A program made the position numbers and the translations under genes. A DNA stretch of 64,000 bases. Origin: an uncultured Thermoleophilia bacterium. Lineage in GTDB: Bacteria > Actinomycetota > Thermoleophilia > UBA2241. The DNA lies in assembly GCA_963715985.1 (NCBI GenBank), contig CAVQSP010000017.1:224001-288000 (forward strand). The letters run 5' to 3'. Positions 59,707 to 64,000 of the stretch are shown piece by piece. Position 1 is the first letter of the stretch, and each line of letters begins with the position of its first letter. A model generated the notes under the pieces. That model saw nothing but the letters and a program-made list of their open reading frames with translations. It was not told the origin of the DNA and ran no database searches.

Positions 59707-61052
59707 GCGCCACGGACGTCACCCACCTCCTGCCCGACGAGGCCGGCGGGTTGTGCTGGGAGCCGGCCGCCGAGACCATGCCCAGAGCGGACCTCGAGGC
59801 GCTGCAGCTGGAGCGCCTGCGCGCCACCCTGCAGAACGCCTCGGACAACGTCCCGTTCTACCGCAAGAAGCTCGCGGCGGCCGGCATCTCGCCGGACGGG
59901 GTCGGCAGCCTCGGCGACGTCTCGAGCCTGCCGTTCACGACCAAGGTCGATCTGCGCGACCACTATCCCTTCGGCATGTTCGCGCGGCCGCGGGACCAGA
60001 TCGTGCGCGTGCACGCCAGCTCCGGTACGACCGGCAACCCGACCACGGTGGGCTACACGCGTGCCGACATCGCCACGTGGGGTCACCTCATCGCACGCAC
60101 GCTGGCCGCCGGCGGCGTCGAACCCGGCGACCTGCTGCAGAACGCCTTCGGCTACGGGCTCTTCACCGGCGGCCTGGGCCTGCACTTCGGCGCCGAGCTC
60201 CTCGGTTGCACGGTGGTGCCGATCTCCGGCGGCAATACCGAGCGCCAGCTCAAGATCATGCGCGACTTCGGCGCCACCGCCCTCAGCTGCACGCCGTCCT
60301 ACGCGATGTACCTCGCCGACGCGGCCCGCGACCGCGGCCTGCGCCCCGAGGACCTGCCCATCCGCGTGGCCTTCCTCGGGGCTGAGCCCTGGACCAACGA
60401 GCTGCGTCTGCAGATCGAGGCCGGCCTCGGCATCGACGCCCTGGACATCTACGGGCTCTCCGAGATGGGCGGCCCCGGCGTCGCCTACGAGTGCCTCTGC
60501 AAGGCCGGCATGCACATCAACGAGGACCACTACCTGGCGGAGATCGTCGACCCCGACACGCTGCGCCCGCTGCCCGAGGGCGAGGTGGGCGAGCTCGTGT
60601 TCACCACGCTCACGCGCGAGGCCCAGCCGCTGATCCGCTACCGTACCCGCGACCTCTGCACCCTGACCTCGGAGCCGTGCGCCTGCGGGCGCACGTCCGC
60701 GCGCATGGCCAAGCCCATCGGGCGCAGCGACGACATGCTCATCATCCGCGGCGTCAACGTGTTCCCCAGCCAGATCGAAGAGGTGCTGATGGGGATCCCC
60801 GAGATCGAGCCGCACTACCAGATCGTCGTGGACCGCAAGGGGTACCTGGACGTCATCGAAGTGTGGGTAGAGGTGGGCGAGGACATCTTCGCCGAGACCA
60901 TGGGTGACCTCGAGCGCTTCCAGCGCAGCGTGCAGGCCAAGATCTACAACGTGCTCAACATCCAGGTGGCCGTCAAGCTCAAGGAGCCGCGGGCGATCCA
61001 GCGCTCCGAGGGCAAGGCCGTCCGCGTCGTGGACCGGCGCGCGGCGCTGTAG
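59703..61052 (+). CDS. paaK: Phenylacetate-CoA ligase
   Basis: LPFT.K.DLRD.YPFG, HASSGTTG.P, YGLFTGGLG, GAEPW, YGLSE, RYRTRD, GR.DDM.IIRGVNVFP.QIE. Confidence 0.95.
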   Translation: MSATDVTHLLPDEAGGLCWEPAAETMPRADLEALQLERLRATLQNASDNVPFYRKKLAAAGISPDGVGSLGDVSSLPFTTKVDLRDHYPFGMFARPRDQIVRVHASSGTTGNPTTVGYTRADIATWGHLIARTLAAGGVEPGDLLQNAFGYGLFTGGLGLHFGAELLGCTVVPISGGNTERQLKIMRDFGATALSCTPSYAMYLADAARDRGLRPEDLPIRVAFLGAEPWTNELRLQIEAGLGIDALDIYGLSEMGGPGVAYECLCKAGMHINEDHYLAEIVDPDTLRPLPEGEVGELVFTTLTREAQPLIRYRTRDLCTLTSEPCACGRTSARMAKPIGRSDDMLIIRGVNVFPSQIEEVLMGIPEIEPHYQIVVDRKGYLDVIEVWVEVGEDIFAETMGDLERFQRSVQAKIYNVLNIQVAVKLKEPRAIQRSEGKAVRVVDRRAAL

Positions 61053-61068
61053 CGCCCCTCCGGGTCGA

Positions 61069-61104
61069 GGGGCGGCGGTCCTGTGCGCCGGGGACCGCCG
61101 CCCC
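61069..61104 (+). terminator. Hairpin after paaK
   Basis: GGGGCGGCGGTCC...GGACCGCCGCCCC followed by a pyrimidine run. Confidence 0.55.
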
Positions 61105-61116
61105 GCCTCTCTTCTC

Positions 61117-62169
61117 ATGCCCCTGCCGCTCTGTACCGCCAGGCTCACCATCCGGCCGCTCGCGGCGGAGGACGCGAGCGACGTCTTCTCCGTCTACGGC
61201 GATCCGCTGGTCCTGCGGTTCTGGAACAGCGACCCGCTGGAGGACGCCGCCGCGGCGGCCGCATGGGCGGCCGCGCAGGGCGCCTCGCACCAGAGCCGCG
61301 GCTTCGCCCAATGGCACGTGAGCGAGACGCCGGGCGGGCGGTTCATCGGGTGCCTCGGACTGCAGCCGCTCGAAGCTGAGGTGGAGATCCTGTACGCGCT
61401 GGTGACCGGCGCCTGGGGTTGCGGCTACGCCACCGAGGCCGGGCTGGCCGCGCTCGAGTACGGCCTCGCCGAGGCGGGCCTCGAGCGCGTCGTCGGCATC
61501 GCCCGCGAGGCCAACGAGGCGTCCGTGCGCGTGCTGCGAAAGCTCGGCATGCGCTCGCTCGGCCGCGCCGAGTACTGGGGCGGCGAGTGGGCCAAGTACG
61601 AGCTGACGGCCGAGGCGTGGCGCGCGGAGCGGGAGGCCGCCACCCCGCCGCTGCACTGTGGCCGGCTCGATCTGAGGCGCCTCTCCGGCGCCGATCACGA
61701 GGCGCTGGCCGGCGTCTTCGGCGACCCCGAGGTCATGCGCTTCGTCGGCGTCGGGCGGCGACCGCTGGACGACGCCGCGGTCGCTGCCGCTCTGGTCCGT
61801 GCGGAAGAGCACTGGGACGAGCGCGGGTTCGGCCCGCTGGCTGTGGTCGAGCGCGAGTCTGGGAGTCTGGTCGGCGAGGCGGGTCTGCAGCTGCTCGAGG
61901 GCGGGCCGGACGTGGAGCTCACCTTCACGTTCGCGCGCGCCGCCTGGGGTCGCGGGTACGCGACTGAGGCGGCGCGCGCCGTCCTGCTGTGGGGGTTCGC
62001 GGGGCTGCACCTGCCGCGCATCGTCGCCGTCGCGCATCCCTCGCATGCGGCCTCGCTGCGCGTCATGCACAAGCTTGGGATGACGCCTCAGGGCGGCCGC
62101 GAGTGCTACGGGGCCCGGCTCGACGAGTGCGCGCTGACCCTGGGCGAGTGGCGCGCCGCGACGGCGTGA
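61117..62169 (+). CDS. Tandem double GNAT (RimJ/RimL-like) acetyltransferase
   Basis: Two repeats, each with RL..R, WG.GYATEA and AS.RV..KLGM. Confidence 0.88.
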   Translation: MPLPLCTARLTIRPLAAEDASDVFSVYGDPLVLRFWNSDPLEDAAAAAAWAAAQGASHQSRGFAQWHVSETPGGRFIGCLGLQPLEAEVEILYALVTGAWGCGYATEAGLAALEYGLAEAGLERVVGIAREANEASVRVLRKLGMRSLGRAEYWGGEWAKYELTAEAWRAEREAATPPLHCGRLDLRRLSGADHEALAGVFGDPEVMRFVGVGRRPLDDAAVAAALVRAEEHWDERGFGPLAVVERESGSLVGEAGLQLLEGGPDVELTFTFARAAWGRGYATEAARAVLLWGFAGLHLPRIVAVAHPSHAASLRVMHKLGMTPQGGRECYGARLDECALTLGEWRAATA

Positions 62170-62376
62170 CTGTCGGGCGCCGCCGAGGAGCTGCCCGCGG
62201 TAGCGGCGCGGCACTTCTTCGGCGGCCGCGGACCGGCGCGCGCCTCGCCCCTCGTAAGGGGTCGTTCTCTGCGGCTGGTATGATTGTGCGCGGCGCCTCG
62301 CTCGAGGCGCAGCGGATAGACACGTCGAACGTCGTCGCGGGTGATTCCAGCGGCGGCATCCAGGAGGTCACACGCC

Positions 62377-63216
62377 ATGTCTTGGGGACTTGAGAACCGG
62401 CTCGCGCGCATCATCCGTCCTGAGACCGGCCGCACCGTGATGCTGGCCATCGACCACGGCTACTTCCTCGGCCCCACCAAGGGTCTCGAGTGCCCCTCTA
62501 CCATGTGCACGCCTCTCGTGCCCGGCGCCGACACGCTCATGCTCACGCGCGGCGTGCTGCGCAACTGCATCCCATCGAGCACCGGCACGCCCATCGTGCT
62601 GCGCGTCTCCGGCGGCACGAGCGTGCTGCAGGAGGACCTCTCCGACGAGACCATCATCACCTCCGTGGAGGAGTGCATCCGGCTCAACGCCGTGGGCATG
62701 GCGCTCTCGGTCTTCGTCGGAGCGCCGCATCAGCACCAGAGCATCGCCAATCTCGCCAGACTCGTCGACGAGGGCGAGCGCTACGGCATCCCGGTGGTGG
62801 CCGTGACGGCGGTGGGCAAGGACATGGGCCGGGACGCCCGCTACCTCTCCCTCGCCAGCCGCATCTGCGCGGAGATGGGGGCTCACATCGTGAAGACCTA
62901 CTACTGTGAGGACTTCGAGAAGGTCAGCTCCACGTGCCCGGTCCCCGTCGTCGTGGCGGGCGGCAAGAAGCTCCCCGAGCTCGAGGCCCTGCAGCTCACG
63001 GCCAACGCGATCGCCGGCGGCGCCGTCGGCGTCGACATGGGGCGCAACATCTTCCAGGCCACCTCGCCCGTCGCCATGATCCAGGCCGTCCGCGCCGTGG
63101 TGCACCACGGCGCCACTGCGCAAGAGGCCTACGACATCTACAGCGAGCAGATGGAGGTCCAGGGCGCGGCCGTCGTCATGGCGGGCGCGGCGCTGGACGA
63201 CGAGCGCAAGATCTAG
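62377..63216 (+). CDS. lsrF: LsrF / DhnA-type class I aldolase-thiolase
   Basis: WG..NRL, MLA.DHGYF.GPT.GLE, VKTYYC, AGGKK, GVDMGRNIFQ; AGGAGG RBS. Confidence 0.9.
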   Translation: MSWGLENRLARIIRPETGRTVMLAIDHGYFLGPTKGLECPSTMCTPLVPGADTLMLTRGVLRNCIPSSTGTPIVLRVSGGTSVLQEDLSDETIITSVEECIRLNAVGMALSVFVGAPHQHQSIANLARLVDEGERYGIPVVAVTAVGKDMGRDARYLSLASRICAEMGAHIVKTYYCEDFEKVSSTCPVPVVVAGGKKLPELEALQLTANAIAGGAVGVDMGRNIFQATSPVAMIQAVRAVVHHGATAQEAYDIYSEQMEVQGAAVVMAGAALDDERKI

Positions 63217-63229
63217 GTCGGGCTCAGCG

Positions 63230-64000
63230 GTGCGCGTCGCGGTCTACCACAGCAACTCGGACATCCGCCTCGAAGAGAGGCCGGTCCCCGCCATCGGCCC
63301 GGCCGAGATCCTCGTGCGCATCAGGGCATCGGGCATCTGCGGCTCGGACGTCATGGAGTGGTACCGCATGCCCAAGGCGCCGCTCGTGCTGGGCCACGAG
63401 GTGGCCGGCGAGATCGCGCAGGTCGGAGAGGACGTCGCTCACCTCTCCGTCGGCCAGCGCGTCGTGGTCTCCCACCACGTGCCGTGCAACACGTGCGCGC
63501 TCTGTCTCGACGGCGCGCACACCGCCTGCCACACCCTGCACACCACCAACTTCGACCCCGGCGGATTCTCCGAGTACGTCAGGGTGCCCGCCCTGCAGAC
63601 GGATCGCGGTGTGCTGGTGCTGCCGGACGGGGTGAGCTTCGAGGAGGGTACGTTCGTGGAGCCGCTGGGCTGCGTGGTGCGCGCCCAGGAGCGCGCCGGC
63701 ATACGACCCGGCTCCACGGTGCTCGTCGTCGGCAGCGGCATCTCGGGTCTGTTGCAGGTCAGGCTGGCGTTCGCGCTGGGCGCCGGGCGGGTGGTGGCCA
63801 CGGACGTGAGCGACTACCGGCTGGGGTTCGCCCGTCGCTCGGGCGCCATCACCTTCGACGCCGTGGGGGCGGGGGATGGACTGCCCGACATGGTGCGGGG
63901 CGTCAACGACGGCCGCCTGGCCGACATGGTCATCCTCTGCACCAGCGCCCTGCCGGCCATCGCGCAGGGGCTGGCCTGCCTGGAGTCCGGGGCCACGTTC
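63230..64000 (+). CDS. Zinc-dependent (sorbitol/threonine-type) dehydrogenase, 3'-truncated by the window edge
   Basis: GICGSD, LGHE..G, C..C..C.....C, EPLGC, G.G..G. Confidence 0.9.
   Translation, partial: MRVAVYHSNSDIRLEERPVPAIGPAEILVRIRASGICGSDVMEWYRMPKAPLVLGHEVAGEIAQVGEDVAHLSVGQRVVVSHHVPCNTCALCLDGAHTACHTLHTTNFDPGGFSEYVRVPALQTDRGVLVLPDGVSFEEGTFVEPLGCVVRAQERAGIRPGSTVLVVGSGISGLLQVRLAFALGAGRVVATDVSDYRLGFARRSGAITFDAVGAGDGLPDMVRGVNDGRLADMVILCTSALPAIAQGLACLESGATF

Noticed and set aside
56916-64000. iorAB-ACT-paaK and lsrF-dehydrogenase as novel clusters
   Set aside because: Both are well-known conserved arrangements in anaerobes

Overview
A very GC-rich (roughly 70%+), gene-dense chromosomal window. 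Gene content and frequent apparently leaderless starts suggest an actinobacterium, plausibly Thermoleophilia-like with anaerobic traits such as IOR (inference). About 60 CDS are supported. I found no rRNA, tRNA, CRISPR array, transposase, integrase or phage genes. Ordinary blocks: transporters, MarR/Rrf2/BlaI regulators, NAD salvage (PncB-like + PncA), galE, TlpA-CcdA, a YdiJ-like FAD/Fe-S oxidoreductase, iorAB-ACT-paaK, and lsrF plus a Zn-dehydrogenase. Envelope blocks: two MBOAT plus three SGNH O-acylation genes, and a tandem pair of GT-C-like membrane proteins. The most unusual signal is a set of signalling parts and apparently dead enzymes. (i) A kinase-receiver-Cys/Arg miniprotein-diguanylate cyclase operon, divergent from a CbiA homologue that has lost both catalytic centres. 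(ii) A degenerate GGDEF gene followed by an unknown protein, a Roadblock/MglB protein and a uracil-DNA-glycosylase-fold protein that keeps its Fe-S cysteines but has lost its catalytic motifs. (iii) A small DRR/ERR-repeat protein. Several single-base frameshifts look more like consensus errors than biology. All family calls come from motif recognition by eye; no database searches were run.
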